A stretch of 64,000 nucleotides of DNA from Octopus sinensis (GCF_006345805.1 NC_043004.1:65596001-65660000), one strand, 5' to 3'. Positions 39,405 to 53,921 are shown, counted from the first letter of the stretch. Translations and numbers: made by a program. Notes: generated by a model not told the origin, from the letters alone.

Positions 39405-39945
39405 TTGTGTCGTAAAGAATCCAATTATTTGCGCTGCACAGATTCGGTCGCTTTTGCTGAAACTCCTCGCTCAAACGCTTCAAAATATTGCTTGACGGAC
39501 TGGACCATGGATACGGATTCACAATGCAGAATACCACAGATGTCAAACAAAACAAAAAGCTATGACTGGGGTCTTGTTTGATCCTCGGCTCTGACGCGCC
39601 CTTTGAAGCGTCCGTGCCACTCTAAATACTATGTACAACTCATTGCTTCGTCACCGTAAGCTTGATGAAATATGTTCAATGTCTCGGTATGCGATTCCTC
39701 AAGTTCAACGCAAAATTTAACGTTGGCTCTTTGTTCCAACTTCCTGCCCATGACAAAAATGGCAAACTACAGCTTACATGTGATCACAAAAACACATATT
39801 TCACAACTTGAGATGTAAACACAAGGATGTCACTCGGCACATTGTCTCATGCATATAACGACTCTCTCTCCATGCGTATGCAACCATGTGCTGCCATCTG
39901 TTGGTGTGCTACAAAACTACTTCCTGAACTAATTGATAGCACATG
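39405..39945 (-). pseudogene. Mariner transposase relic, 5' part
   Basis: From the ATG at 39751: MGRKLEQRANVKFCVELEESHTETLNIFHQAYGDEAM..EWHGRFKG, then ILKRLSEEFQQKRPNLCSANNWILYD. Confidence 0.8.
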
Positions 39946-40581
39946 CATATGCATGTTTCTATGTGTATATGTGTGTATGTATGTATGTATGTATGTATGC
40001 ATATCATTATTCAGTTTATTTCAAGATTTCTTGCCAATAGAGGAAGAACTCGTTTCTAACCTAGATCCAATTTTCCTTCATTGGAATTTCCATACCAACA
40101 ACATGGTACGTATGTATGTATGTATGTATGCATACATGTATGTATGTATGTATGCATGCATGTATGTATGTATTTAAGCTTTATGCCAATTGGTTGTTCA
40201 TTTCACATCCTTTGCGCAAGAGAAAATATTCTTGGCAAGAATGTAATTTTCTCCTTTAGTGAAATAAAAGGAACGAAATATTGAATATCTTTATGCTGTT
40301 ACGTATAAAAGTTTCCCTTGTTTTCCTTACGTTGGAATTATACAATCCTTCATATACGTATACATCTGTTATTTCGATGTGTTTGGCTATTTTCAATAAG
40401 CAATAAAAATATGACAGTAGTATATATTTAATACATCACATTATATTATACCACATGGAATCATTTAATTTACAAGAAGTAGAGAGATAGCGAAAGTATA
40501 TATAATAAATACATTTCAATATGAAGACATTGTTCCTCATAATGTATATAATGTGAGAGAAGAGCAACAGAGGCTTACAGA

Positions 40582-40637
<56 letters not shown>

Positions 40638-41069
40638 CTGAGATGAAAAATACGTACAGGATGAAATATTTTTCAAGACCTTCCTAATTAATTTTCTTTA
40701 TTTTGCAAATAACTACAAGCATTTTATTCCAAATATTTCCAGTGCGTTTGTATACATTGGTACTACACACTTGTGCGAGAAGCGTTCTAAACATCCCAAA
40801 CGCTCTCGACCTAAGCCACGCAAAACGAAAGTTCAGACCAGAATAATTCGTAGCATTATAAGCGTTTCCATACCAAGGGAGAGAATCAGTTTCTTTCTTC
40901 AATGACATGAGAGGAAGAAAATGGCTGATATCTTTATGCATTTATTTAACATAATAAAGCTTCCTGTATTTTCTCTTTCGGTTCAGCTACAACGTCATAT
41001 ATATTCCTATAAAGCTATTATTTCGTTGTGGCTGTTATTTATAGTTTTTCTGACATCCTATTTTTATAA

Positions 41070-41102
<33 letters not shown>

Positions 41103-42964
41103 ATATATATATAATATATATATATATATATAATATATATATATATATATTATTTCATAGCTATAAATGGCAATATATATTTCTCTATGCTCGAAACAAA
41201 TCACTTATTTTCTGTTATTATGTTGAAATTAATCATTTATAGAACCATAGTTGCCCACCAATATATAATTAATGTTATATGTTCTATGCATTAAATAAAA
41301 TCAGTTGTAGAAGCGATAGCATAAAGCGTTTATCAAAATTTCGAGTAATCGAAATATATTTAGATTATACTTTGGCGTAGAGTATTTTCTCGTTATATAT
41401 ATATACAAAATGGGACAAGATTGCTCCAATCTCGCCAGCCCCAAGGAAAAACTAAGCTAAAAGCATTGGATTCCTTGCAAGAATACAGCGAATGTATACA
41501 AAAACAAGGACGGAAAGAAAACGGACAATGTTACACAAATACAATAAAAATAATAACAGGGCATAACAATAGGTGTCTTTCGACTAAGGACGAATTAAAT
41601 TAAGCTTGCGTGTGTGCAAATGAAGCCTTACAGCAGGGATAGAAGATTTCACAGGCACAGGGAAGAATATCGATGTTGCACGGACAACGGCCAGACCAAG
41701 AAAGAAAGCCGATCACGTAGGAAGAGAAGAGAGAGAGAGAGAGGCAGAGGGACAGAAGAATAAAAGAGGGGCAAGAAAAATGACAGGGGCACAGTGAAGT
41801 GAAAAGTGGAGGGAAGTGAACAAGACAAGAAATGTGAGAGAGGGGGAACGAAAGAACGAAGAATATAATGAACGAATAAGCGTGAAAGTGCTACACATAC
41901 ATATATACATATATATCTGTGTATATAGATATATATTCATATATACACATATCTTTATACACACACACTTGTACATATATTTTATGAAGTAAACCAATAA
42001 TTCATCACTAAATGCAGCTGAAACACCTGTTGTGAAAGTCGAACTCCATTTCTATTCTTTTATACAAACGCCACAATTAGAAACATCCCGAGGTTGGATC
42101 AACAGTTTTATATTGAATCAGGTATCTACATATATATACAAGCGTGTCTATGTGGCTAATCAAACTATTATTAGATATATGATGTAACTTCTAGCAAATG
42201 TGTTGCGTGTCACTTATTTAGGTTTGTCTACTCCCTCACGCACGCACGCACACACACGCACGCACATGGTCGTATATACTTGCGCGCATACACACACACG
42301 CACACACACACAAGCATGGAGACGCATACGTATATTTGTATACACTCACATTGATGTACATATTTTCAAAAAGCTCGCAGTCAATGTTACATCTGTTTTA
42401 AATTGAACCCCCGCAACGCTGAAACCCGGTACCGTACGTTAGCATGCGTGTCCTTTACAGTACTTTCACGAGTATTATATTTTCCTTCTGAACAATAACA
42501 AAAAAAAAAGAGGGAGAGAGAGAGAGAGAGAGGCATAGACAGAGAGAAGAGAGAAGTTAGTTGTACGTCCAAGTGATGTTACTATTGTTTTTGAAATAGA
42601 AAGCTGAAACATTGATTTGATGTTGCAAAGTTTTTGAGCCAAAATCAATGACGGATATGTATTCCTTGTGGTAGTAAGAAATATCAATACATAATAAACA
42701 CATCAAACTATAAAAGGCACGAATTTTATTATATTTATTTACTTACATTTTATTTTCTTGTTTAGAAAAAGGGGTAAAACAATAAGAATATCAAATGATA
42801 CTACAGAAAGAAAGTCGAAAGAGATACAGAGACAAAAATATAAAAAAGATCATATAAAAATGCTTAGCAATGGAAACAACAAACAAATGTTAAATGGAGT
42901 CGTAAAGAATGAGAATAATTTCTTTATTGCTGGCTCACTGTCGTTTATGAATATGTGTGCATGG

Positions 42965-43000
<36 letters not shown>

Positions 43001-43840
43001 TTATATATATATGTATACATATACACACAAATATTCACACGTGCCCCTGCGCTCACAAACATGTATGCACACACACACACATATGGTGTTATCTATGTGC
43101 CTTTACATCTGTATATGTCAATGAGAAGCTTAAGCGTACATACACACACACACTAAATATATATATCTATCTATATATATATACATATATATACATATAT
43201 ATATATATATATACATATACATATGTATATGTATATACATATCCATGTTTTTTGAGCGGTTCTTGTGTGTTTATATGAAGTAACAAAGGAGAGGAAAGTA
43301 TTCCATTTATCAATTTTTATTGATCAATTTTCTAAAGTTTACCTCTCGTCGGCAGCTTGTCTTGATTCATTTAACGTTAAATTCCCTGAAGTCTTTTTTT
43401 ACCACTTATCATAAACGTTTGTACCAGTCCTAACAGCACTTCATGTGTCTTTCCTTTCATTCTTACTTCCCTTTATTTTACCTCTTTTATATATTTTATC
43501 TTCGTTCAATGAGTCTTTCATTTTCCTTTAAATCTTTTTCCCCACCTCTTCACTCTATTTTTGCCTTGTCTTTCTATCATTTTAAATTCTCCAAATAGTT
43601 AATTTCCTGAGATTTTTATCACTTCTCGTCACCTAGTTTGCTGACGAAGACGAATAAACAATTCTGCTCCACCATTTTACTTCTCGTTCATATTAACAGA
43701 GTGTCTGTGTAATACATATACATACATTCACACACACACACACACACTCTCACGCACACACACAAACACGCAAACACACACACACACACATATATATTTA
43801 AATGTATATACATATATAATTATACACACACACACACACG

Positions 43841-43871
<31 letters not shown>

Positions 43872-44174
43872 TTACAAATGTTTGCTCACATAAGTCGTTC
43901 ACATATATGTTCACATATGTATGCTGTCATACATATAGAAATAACAATGCATGTGTGCACCTAGCGCATAAATATACAGAAATTCCTCACCACTACAAAG
44001 ATATATGAATATGTATGCATGAACATATACATATACATATTCATAAGAAGATACACCTTAAAATATAAATATATATGTAAACACTCACAAACCTACGCAC
44101 CAAATCACATGCATATATTATATATGCATGCAAACATAAATACATACATACACACACATACACACACACACATG

Positions 44175-44210
<36 letters not shown>

Positions 44211-44707
44211 CACACATGCACACATATGTTTATGTATGTATGCCTGATATGCTTTAGTTCTAATTATTCCTGTCATACTTTCTCCGTTCTTAGGCGGTAG
44301 TTGTTCTCGGTTTAGTTCCTTCTCCTTTTTCTCATTTTATTTCACTTTACTCATAAAAATAAGATTATGCGAAAACACCTGAGACTTAAAACAGAATTCC
44401 GAGTAATGGCGTCACACGGATGATGGAATCTTGTTAGGATCGTTTATGCAAGCCATTGTCTGATATTAACTATCAATACACAAAACACACAGACATTCAC
44501 ACAAACATATACACACAGACACACAGACATACAGACACACAGACACACAAACACGCACACAAACACACACATACACACACACGCGCATATATATATATGC
44601 ATATTCACCTATATGTATACATACGCATACACACATAAAGGGGCGTGTGAATAAACTATTCTCATACGGCCCTTTTCATGCGATCTTTTATGCTTTCGTC
44701 CATATAT

Positions 44708-44777
<70 letters not shown>

Positions 44778-44810
44778 AATATGCATATATATACATATGT
44801 ATATACATAC

Positions 44811-44841
<31 letters not shown>

Positions 44842-45400
44842 ATTCTATGTACATATTTATACGTATATGTATATTGTGATTGACCGTTATTAAGACCAAA
44901 GAGCTATTTGAATGACTGCTAAGTGAGGGAAGAGAGTAAAAGTAAGGGGCTTAAAAGGTTCATAGTATTCGTGTAAGGGCGCATGTCCATACCTACACAA
45001 ACGCGCCCGCACATCCCGATGGCCAAATAACTGAAGAGATGGCGGTGTGGATTTCCACCTCCGTATCCAAAACTCGGAGTTTTATCATGGCTACCAAATA
45101 ATTATTACATATTACATCTATATATATAAAACTCAACTTGTGTGTCTGTGTGTTTAACTTCCAGGCACATCTCATCCTAGCCAACAAATCGTAGAACCAC
45201 CAAAAATGGGTCACTTAAAGTGTAGGCGAATGAAAATTGAACTGCGCTATTTCTGTTCCGAAATTCATCTCTCACGTGCAAAAGTCGATAATGTGTTTGT
45301 TTAGGTCTTATCCCATGCATTGAATAGTGAACTTTACTCAGTCAGCTGTTTGATGTGAACTGTGTTCACCACGCGTGCACGCATGCGCAAATTGCATGAA

Positions 45401-45449
<49 letters not shown>

Positions 45450-45929
45450 ATGTTATATAAAGCTGAAGTTGTCTGTGTGTGGTAGGTTTGATAGCCTTTA
45501 GCTAACACTATCTCCTCCAAGACCATGCGGTGCAAGTTGACCAACATTTAGACTATGATAGAAGAAAGCTTGCTCTTCATTCTGTAGAAGAAAGAAATCA
45601 AATCGAAGCATGTTAGGACCAAAAATTATTTACATCAAAAAGGTGCTTTTTTACTATAGAAATCTCTATTTCTTATGATTTTTTGACTGCTGTGTTGCCA
45701 TTTTTCGGTGTATTTCAAGCAGAAAAATGTTCACTTAAAGAGAATAACAAGCAAAATAATGCAAAATTTTTAATTTTCAAAAATTCCAATTCTAAAGGGT
45801 CGAAACAAAACCAAGCAATGCCGGGCGATACTGCTAGTTTACAGAAAAATTCCTCTATTTACATAATATCGAGGTCTCTTTTATTCTTTTGTTGTCTTAC
45901 AATTTTAATCAATATATATATAATGGGGA

Positions 45930-46190
45930 TGGCTTTACTTCCAATTTTGGAATTGACAACTATACCAATCCTCGAACTGGACGGCACTGCATCATACTAA
46001 AGATACTGTCATTCTCATCTAAAATAAGGACATTTTACTACACTGGTCTGATTTTCAAGGGCTCGCAATTGTTCAACATCGTGCTAGCCAACCGTAGAGA
46101 TCTACATCGTGTTGATGTGGAAGTTTTCAAGGAACATCTGGACAGGTTTCCATCTGTGATACCAGATGAACCCACAGCGTGGCTCCGTTC
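45930..46190 (+). pseudogene. CR1/L2-clade LINE ORF2 C-terminal fragment
   Basis: NPRTGRHCII...FKGSQLFNI...RDL..V..EVFKEHLDRF.SVIPDEP. Confidence 0.7.
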
Positions 46191-46706
46191 AGATCGCCAC
46201 TTCACCAAAAATAATACTAGAATAACTACAGGTGATGCACCAGTATGACAATGATACTAGTCGACATTTATAAGGACACTCCATTAATATCCTAAAACTA
46301 ATTAAATATTCATTTGCATTTACAGCCAATTTAAGTCGAACCAAAGTGCATCGACATGCGTTTTGAGAGGAGAGGGTTGCCGTCTAACACATCAATCCCT
46401 GTGTTTGACTGTTGCTTATTTTCATCAACCGGAAATAGGTGGAATAAGGTAACGGGTGGGAGAACTCACAACCTAAAAATGCAGGAAGAAATTCAGGGTA
46501 AAAGAGTTTGGATAAAACGACATAAATTTTGTGGATGGTCCTAGTCGATTATCTCGACTCTAGCGCTGAAAAGTAACTTATTTTTAGGAAAGCGAAAAAT
46601 ATTGGCAGGATGTGAACTAACAATGTTAAAACGGACGAAATACCGCCAAAAGATTCATACGTCGTTTTATCTCTATTATTGTGATTATTATTATTATTAT
46701 TATTAT

Positions 46707-47637
46707 TCAGTAGTTTTATTTTTATAGCGTGCTTTCACTTCACTACCGAGCACATCTCTGTGTGCCTTGGGTATGTGCTGTGATTTGTTGTGATGCTCTG
46801 ATGGTTATTGTATGGAAAGTGTTCTGCGTAGGATGTGTGCAGTGCCTAGTAGTGCAAGTTTCTGTATTTTATATGTGTTTGTAAGTCCTGGTGTTTTTGT
46901 TATGTATTTGTCTGAATATTTTTTTATCATGCCTAATGCACCTACTATGATAGGAATTGTTTCTGTTTTCAGATTCCACATTCTAGTTACCTCTATTTCC
47001 AGGTCTTTGTATTTTGAGAGTTTCTCCATTTCTTTTAGAGACACGTTGTCATCAGCCGGTATTGATACATCAATTAGAAAGCATTTTTTTTCTTCATGAT
47101 CTCTGACAACTATATCTGGTCTGTTGGCCTTAATTTCTCTATCTGTGTGTATCGGCATATCCCAGAGTATGGTTGCTTTCTCGTTTTCTGTGACCTTTTC
47201 TGGTGTGTGCCTATACCATCATTTTTCTGTTGTTATTCCATAATGTTGGCATAGCTTCCAATGTATGTAGGTTCCAACTCTGTCATGTCTGTGAATATAT
47301 TCCTTCTTAGCCAAGACTGGGCAGCTAGAGGTAATATGATTTATTGTTTCTTGTCCATCTCCACATATTCTGCAGTTACTTGTAATATTTCTTTTCATTA
47401 CATGTTTTTGGTAATTTCTGGTGGGGAGGCTTTGGTCTTGTGCTGCAATTAAAAATCCCTCTGTTTCTGCTTTGAGTCCTGAGCTTCTCAACCATTGCTG
47501 GGATTTTTCTTTGTCTATTTCTTTTGCGTTTAGTTTAGTCCAGTATTTACCATGAAGGGGCTTTTCTTGCCATCGTTTTATCATGGTTCGTTGCTGTTCT
47601 ATTTTTAGTTTGGATTTCATTTGTTTTATAGCTTTTG

Positions 47638-47640
<3 letters not shown>
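46707..47640 (-). mobile_element. R4/Dong-type element, second 5'-truncated copy
   Basis: Near-identical to 27688-28381 with the same 3' end (tcagtagttttattttt) abutting (TTA)n. One in-frame TGA at 47219-47221. Confidence 0.92.
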
Positions 47641-47679
<39 letters not shown>

Positions 47680-47760
47680 TATTGTTGTTGTTGTTGTTGT
47701 TGTTGTTATTGTTGTTGTTGTTGTTGTTGTTGTCGTTGTTGTTGTTATTATTATTATTAC

Positions 47761-47813
<53 letters not shown>

Positions 47814-47843
47814 TGGATTGACGTAACTCTTCACAAAGGTAAA

Positions 47844-48161
47844 CAGTCAAGACGAAGAGCGCAATTCGATTCTAAGATATGTTATTAGTTCAACGATATT
47901 TCAACAGTACGCCTGTCTTTGTCAAATTCAAAATAAGTGAAAAAAATTCTAAATTACTGAGATTTAAACGTAAAGTATGAAACGAGAGCAGCCAGCGTCC
48001 ACATATTGATGGAATGACATCATCAGTTTTTAAGTTACAATTTTATAGCAGGCGAAAAGAAAAAGACAGGAAAAAAAAACAGAAACAGACAGACGTACTC
48101 TTTAAATATCATTCAACTAATAAAATATCTTACAATCGAATCGCGCTCTTCGTCTTGACTA
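47844..48161. mobile_element. MITE with about 27-bp TIRs
   Basis: agtcaagacgaagagcgcaattcgatt and aatcgaatcgcgctcttcgtcttgact. Confidence 0.7.
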
Positions 48162-48178
48162 TTATTATTATTATTATT

Positions 48179-48731
48179 GAGTGAGAGAGCAGTTCATGCC
48201 ATCAAAGTGACACTGGGGTAAAATATACTAAGCCCAATATACCCATCATGACTACCCGTCTGATAAAGGTACACCAGGCACATGCATCACAACCATATGT
48301 GCGTGACATTGTGATCTCATATCAAGATAAACAGCACATGACCTTGCAGGTGGGGCCCAGTTAGAATTTTCTTCAGGTTGAGTAGCCCATCCCGCTCAAA
48401 CGTTCCCTGAATAAGGGTTGTTTAAGGATGTTGAAAGAACCACCCATGTTTCCAGAGGTGAACTATTCAAACCCCAAAGAATCCCTCTCAACACATGGCT
48501 ATGATGCTCCCCCACTACTTCTGCTCGTGATCAGAGATGCACATATCGTCAGCCACTAAGGGACATGCTCAACTGGTTAAGGTCAAACAACTGACAAGCA
48601 AATCTGTGGTATTGAGCAGAATATTTGCAGTAGCCCATCTTTTATACCAAGACAAAACAATGTACATGATAACACTTCCAATCAGTTAAGATCAGAAGCC
48701 ATGAGAGCCACTGCCTGGTACTGCATCAGGG

Positions 48732-48732
<1 letters not shown>
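48179..48732. mobile_element. 554-bp non-coding interspersed element bounded by (TTA)n on both sides
   Basis: Homologues at 25973-26393 (internally deleted) and 29420-29487 (fragment), each next to TTA/TCA repeats. No ORF, tRNA head or TIR seen. Confidence 0.8.
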
Positions 48733-48791
<59 letters not shown>

Positions 48792-48808
48792 CATTATTAT
48801 TATTATTA

Positions 48809-48872
<64 letters not shown>

Positions 48873-48935
48873 CTGTGCGTAACCCCTTTTGGGTAGTAAA
48901 GAAATAGGTATTTCGTCTATTTGTATGATCTGAGT

Positions 48936-49315
48936 GGAGGCGCAATGGCCCAGTGGTTAGGGCAGCGGACTCGCGGTCGTAGGATCGTGGTTTCGATTCC
49001 TAGACCGGGCGTTGTGAGTGTTTATTGAGCGAAAACACCTAAAGCTCCACGAGACCCCGGCAGGGATGGTGGTGATACCTGCTGTACTCTTTCACCACAA
49101 CTTTCTCTCAAGCTTATTTCCTGTTTCTGTTGTACCTGTATTTCAAAGGGCCGGCCTTGTCTCTCTGTGTCACGCTGAATATCCCCGAGAACTACGTTAA
49201 GGGTACACGTGTCTGTGGAGTGCTCAGCCACTTACACGTTAATTTCACGAGCAGGTTGTTCCGTTGATCGGATCAACCGGAACCCTCGTCGTCGTAACCG
49301 ACGGAGTGCTTCCAC
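48936..49315 (+). mobile_element. SINE family C, full length with 11-bp TSD
   Basis: A-box-like tggcccagtggttagg, B-box ggtttcgattcc, TSD atgatctgagt at 48925-48935 and 49316-49326. Confidence 0.92.
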
Positions 49316-49402
49316 ATGATCTGAGTTCAAATACAGAGAGCTTGACTTTCATTCTCAACCAATGAAATATATACCAGTCGAGTACAGTGTCCACTGTTTT
49401 TG

Positions 49403-49436
<34 letters not shown>

Positions 49437-49437
<1 letters not shown>

Positions 49438-49640
49438 GGAAGGCGGCGAGCTGGCAGAAACGTTAGCAGTATTCCGTCTGCCGTTACGTATTCCGCTGTG
49501 TTTAGCCCCTTGTGGGCAATAAAGAAACAGGTATTTCGTCTGCCGCTATGTTCTGAGTTCAAATTCCGCCGAGGTCGACTTTGCCTTTCATCCTTTCGGG
49601 GTCGATTAAATAAGTACCAGTTACGCACTGGGGTCCTCTC
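49437..49640 (+). mobile_element. SINE family A
   Basis: aggcggcgagctggcagaaacgttagc head and complete core. Confidence 0.85.
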
Positions 49641-49884
49641 TGTGCGTAGCCCCTTGTGGGTAGTAAAGAAATAGGTATTTCGTCTATTTGTATGATCTGA
49701 GTTCAAATATAGAGAGCTTGACTTTCACTCTCAACCAATGAAATATATACCAGTCGAGTACAGTGTCCACTGTTTTTGATTTGACTCCTCCACGAATTTG
49801 CTGGCCTTGTGCCAATATTTGAAACCATTGTTTCTATTACTATAATTAATGATGGTTTTAAATTTTTGCACAAGATCAGCAAAT

Positions 49885-50058
49885 TCAGAGCGGGGTATAA
49901 GTCGATTACATCGACCACAGCTACTTATTTCATCGTCTCCGAAAGTATAAAAAGCAAAGACGACCTCGGTGGGGATTTGAACAGAGAACGTAAAGATGGC
50001 CGAAATACCACGAAATATTTTGCCTGGCGTGCAAATGATCCTCCAGCTCGCTGCCTGA
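49885..50058 (-). mobile_element. SINE family A, diverged
   Basis: Reverse-complement homology to family A. Confidence 0.65.
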
Positions 50059-50590
50059 CGAATACTACTACTAATAATAATCCTGAAAAAGAGACGTAAA
50101 AAAAACACCAACAACGATCGACTATATCTGTTAGTGAATTCTTTCCTAATTTCTAGTATTTCTATAAACACTGCTTTCTTTTTTTTCTCTCACTAATATT
50201 AAAATCACATCGGCTTGTGTGTAAACTGGACATTTCGCTGGAGGTGCGCATGTAATTAATAAGAAAACCAAGCAACAGCTGCACATATTTTCGAAGAAAC
50301 TGGAAAATTGCTTTGTGAGTTGAATATAGAATGAGGTTGAAGCTATCGAACTTTAGTCATTCTGCAGACATCTGAATAAAATTAGCTTCAGAATATTCCT
50401 CGTGTACATAAAGTACAATATTTAACTCATACATGCATACCTACACATTAGCACACGCACGCATATAAACGCATACATGCATACGTAATACGTACATACA
50501 CAACACACACATGCACACACACACACAAACACACATATCAGTATATAGATATGTGTGTGAGTATACGAGAACGCAGGTTTGTGCATATAT

Positions 50591-50641
<51 letters not shown>

Positions 50642-51113
50642 ATGTATGTATGTATATATATATGTATGTGTATATGTATGTGTATATGTATAAATATATG
50701 TATATATGTATATGTATGTATATATATACATATGCATAATATACATGTTCGAAGCTATAGTGTTCTATATACAAATGTATAAGTACATGGTTATATACAT
50801 GCATAAACGTACATATATATTCATGTAAATGTATATATATATATATATACGTGTGTGTGTCTGTGCTAGCGTGTAAGCGCGCGCATGTGTTTGTGTGTGT
50901 GTATGTGTGTGCTTAGTGAGGTCGATAGTAACAGACACACATTTCACTGAACCCGATGTTTCAACCTGTCTTACTGCGCAGATTCTCTTCATGTATGACC
51001 CTTCTGGCGCCTAAACTTTGGATCAGAATATTTTCCTTAATACCTCTTTTTTACAAATACGCACGCACAGCCAAACATAAACACACACCGACGCACAACC
51101 ATTCAGGTATACG

Positions 51114-51154
<41 letters not shown>

Positions 51155-51539
51155 GCAGATAACTGCACATACACATGTATTCATGTCAAAGTTACTCTAA
51201 ATAGTTTCGCGATTTGAAAATGTGTGGGTAGGCTGAACGTATGTTTGAAAATATTCTCACTGTAGCGTTAGACCCCTACTAAAATATATAGAAATATATA
51301 CGCTGCCTGCTAAAACATTTTATTGAATAATATGTTGGAACATTTACGTTTGATTGTATACACGTATAAACAATGTTATTTGATATACGAGTATATATTA
51401 TTAATTATAAAGATCCCTTGGTTACACTTGATGATGTAATAACGAACAGCACACTATGAACATAGCAAGCGAACCATTTTTATAGGCTTAATCCGTTAGA
51501 GTCACTCTAGGTCTCAGAAGCAGCTACTAAATGATTTTC

Positions 51540-51645
51540 GAAGTGGGAAGCTGACACTTTTTTGTACTATTGGAACGTTCCAGACCTGGGAAGCTGAAGT
51601 GGGAAGCTGACACTTTTTTGTACTATTGGAACGTTCCAGACCTGG
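51540..51645. repeat. Tandem duplication, period 56 bp
   Basis: gaagtgggaagctgacacttttttgtactattggaacgttccagacctgg occurs twice (51540 and 51596). Confidence 0.85.
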
Positions 51646-51922
51646 TGTAAGAGGCTAACGAAGAAGAAGTAGATACTAAGATTTATGGAAAGAGTGTTCT
51701 TCAGAACTGAAAGATTTCAGGTTATACCAAGGTGAAAGATAAAGAGATAGAAGAGAAGTCCAAAGTCTGGCAGTTCGTATGAAAAGGCTACGACCGTGAA
51801 TAAGACTTGAAGTAATAGATGGCAACCAATGGGCCGCCATATGATGTATGCATCACTCGAAATAGATGGGTCACTCCTGACATACACGAAAGCTGTTCAA
51901 CACTTTTACTCATATATATATA

Positions 51923-51962
<40 letters not shown>

Positions 51963-52072
51963 CGAGAAAGAGATATTTAATCAATTATATATATACACAC
52001 ATATATGATATATAGAGAATTGAAAATTGAAAAAATAGTCAACAAGGTGTACTGTTAGACAGCTATTTAATA

Positions 52073-52161
52073 AACACTACACATGTTTCGATACAACATA
52101 GGATTTAAATTAAGCAACGATTTACCTGTATAATGGGATCCAGTTCTATCTCCTCAGGTAA
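52073..52161 (-). ncRNA. Candidate hammerhead with long loop II and weak stem I
   Basis: Minus strand reads UAC-CUGAGGA-GAUA(~50 nt)UAUC-GAAA-C(AUGU)G-UA/GUG. Core is intact but stem I is only about 3 bp. Confidence 0.4.
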
Positions 52162-52204
52162 TATACATTCGCTGTCCCCGTCAGTAAATCTTTGACTTCG
52201 AAGC

Positions 52205-52775
<571 letters not shown>

Positions 52776-52780
<5 letters not shown>

Positions 52781-53022
52781 CAACAATTTAGGAATGGCCT
52801 TAATAGGCCATTCGACCCACTAGAAAGAGCAGCCAGCACTCAAACCGCTAAGTAGTAGTAATTCAGAAATTAAAGGAAAATTTAAAAACATTACCCTAAT
52901 TCATCTTTTCCTTTAAATTTTCCTTTAATTTCTGAATTACTATTACTTGGCGGTTTGAGTCCTGGCTGCTCTTTCTAGTGGGTCGAATGGCCTATTAAGG
53001 CCATTCCTCAATTGTTGTTGAA
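52776..53022. mobile_element. Foldback element with about 108-bp arms, (TA)-flanked
   Basis: 52776-52883 versus 52915-53022. A solo arm lies at 17718-17805. Confidence 0.85.
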
Positions 53023-53159
53023 TCTATATATATAGTCTATGACTATTTTCTCTTTCTCACTAGACCGCTGGTGGCGAAAAAACTTCTATTGAATTTTTTG
53101 CTACCCTATATTGATTAGTTGATGAATATATATATATATATATATATTTATATGTTTGT

Positions 53160-53455
53160 TACTTGTCGAGCCATGCCTGGCTCACAAGGGCCGGTTTCCC
53201 AGTTTCCTTGGCGTATAAGTTCCCCACCTGGATGGGACGCCGGTCCGTCGCAGGTGTGCTGCAAGATGCAGGAGCAAAGAGTGAGAGAAAGTTGTGGCGA
53301 AAGAGTCAGCAGAAGTTCGCCATTACCTTCTTTCGGAGCCGCGTGGAGCTTAGGTATTTCGCTCATAAATACACACATCACCCGCTCAGAGATTCGAAGT
53401 CGGGATCTCTCGACCGCGAGTCCGCTGCTCTAACCACTAGGTCATGTGCCTCCAC
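53160..53455 (-). mobile_element. tRNA-derived SINE related to family C
   Basis: gagaaagttgtggcgaaagag and cgaccgcgagtccgctgctctaaccact head. Confidence 0.7.
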
Positions 53456-53478
53456 CCCTCTCTTCCCTTCTCTCTCTC

Positions 53479-53551
<73 letters not shown>

Positions 53552-53921
53552 TTATACATGATGTGTGTTAATGTATTAAATATGTGATGAAGAAAGATGT
53601 AAAAAGAGAGGTAGAAAGAGTGTAAGAGACAGTAGGATCGTTGTCATTAGTTACTGCGCTATGAAATAGCCTCTAGGAATCTAGAAATACATCAAAATAC
53701 ACAATAGCCTGAAATAACTGACTGACTAAAGATGTTTGGTTTTCGAGTTCCGTTAAGATTTGAATTCTATGATAACAATGATTTTCTGCTAGCTGTTTTA
53801 AAAGTTATTCTAGCTGAAATGATTACACACAGGAGTGGAATAAAAAATAGTTATGGTTCGAAATATGTAATGAATAACATCTATTGTTTAACAAAATCTA
53901 ACTAGATTTTGTGTGAGTATT

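Noticed and set aside
52790-52830. TTGAGGA-hairpin-CGACCC as a hammerhead
   Set aside because: GAAA is replaced by GACC in all three copies, so it is not a canonical core.
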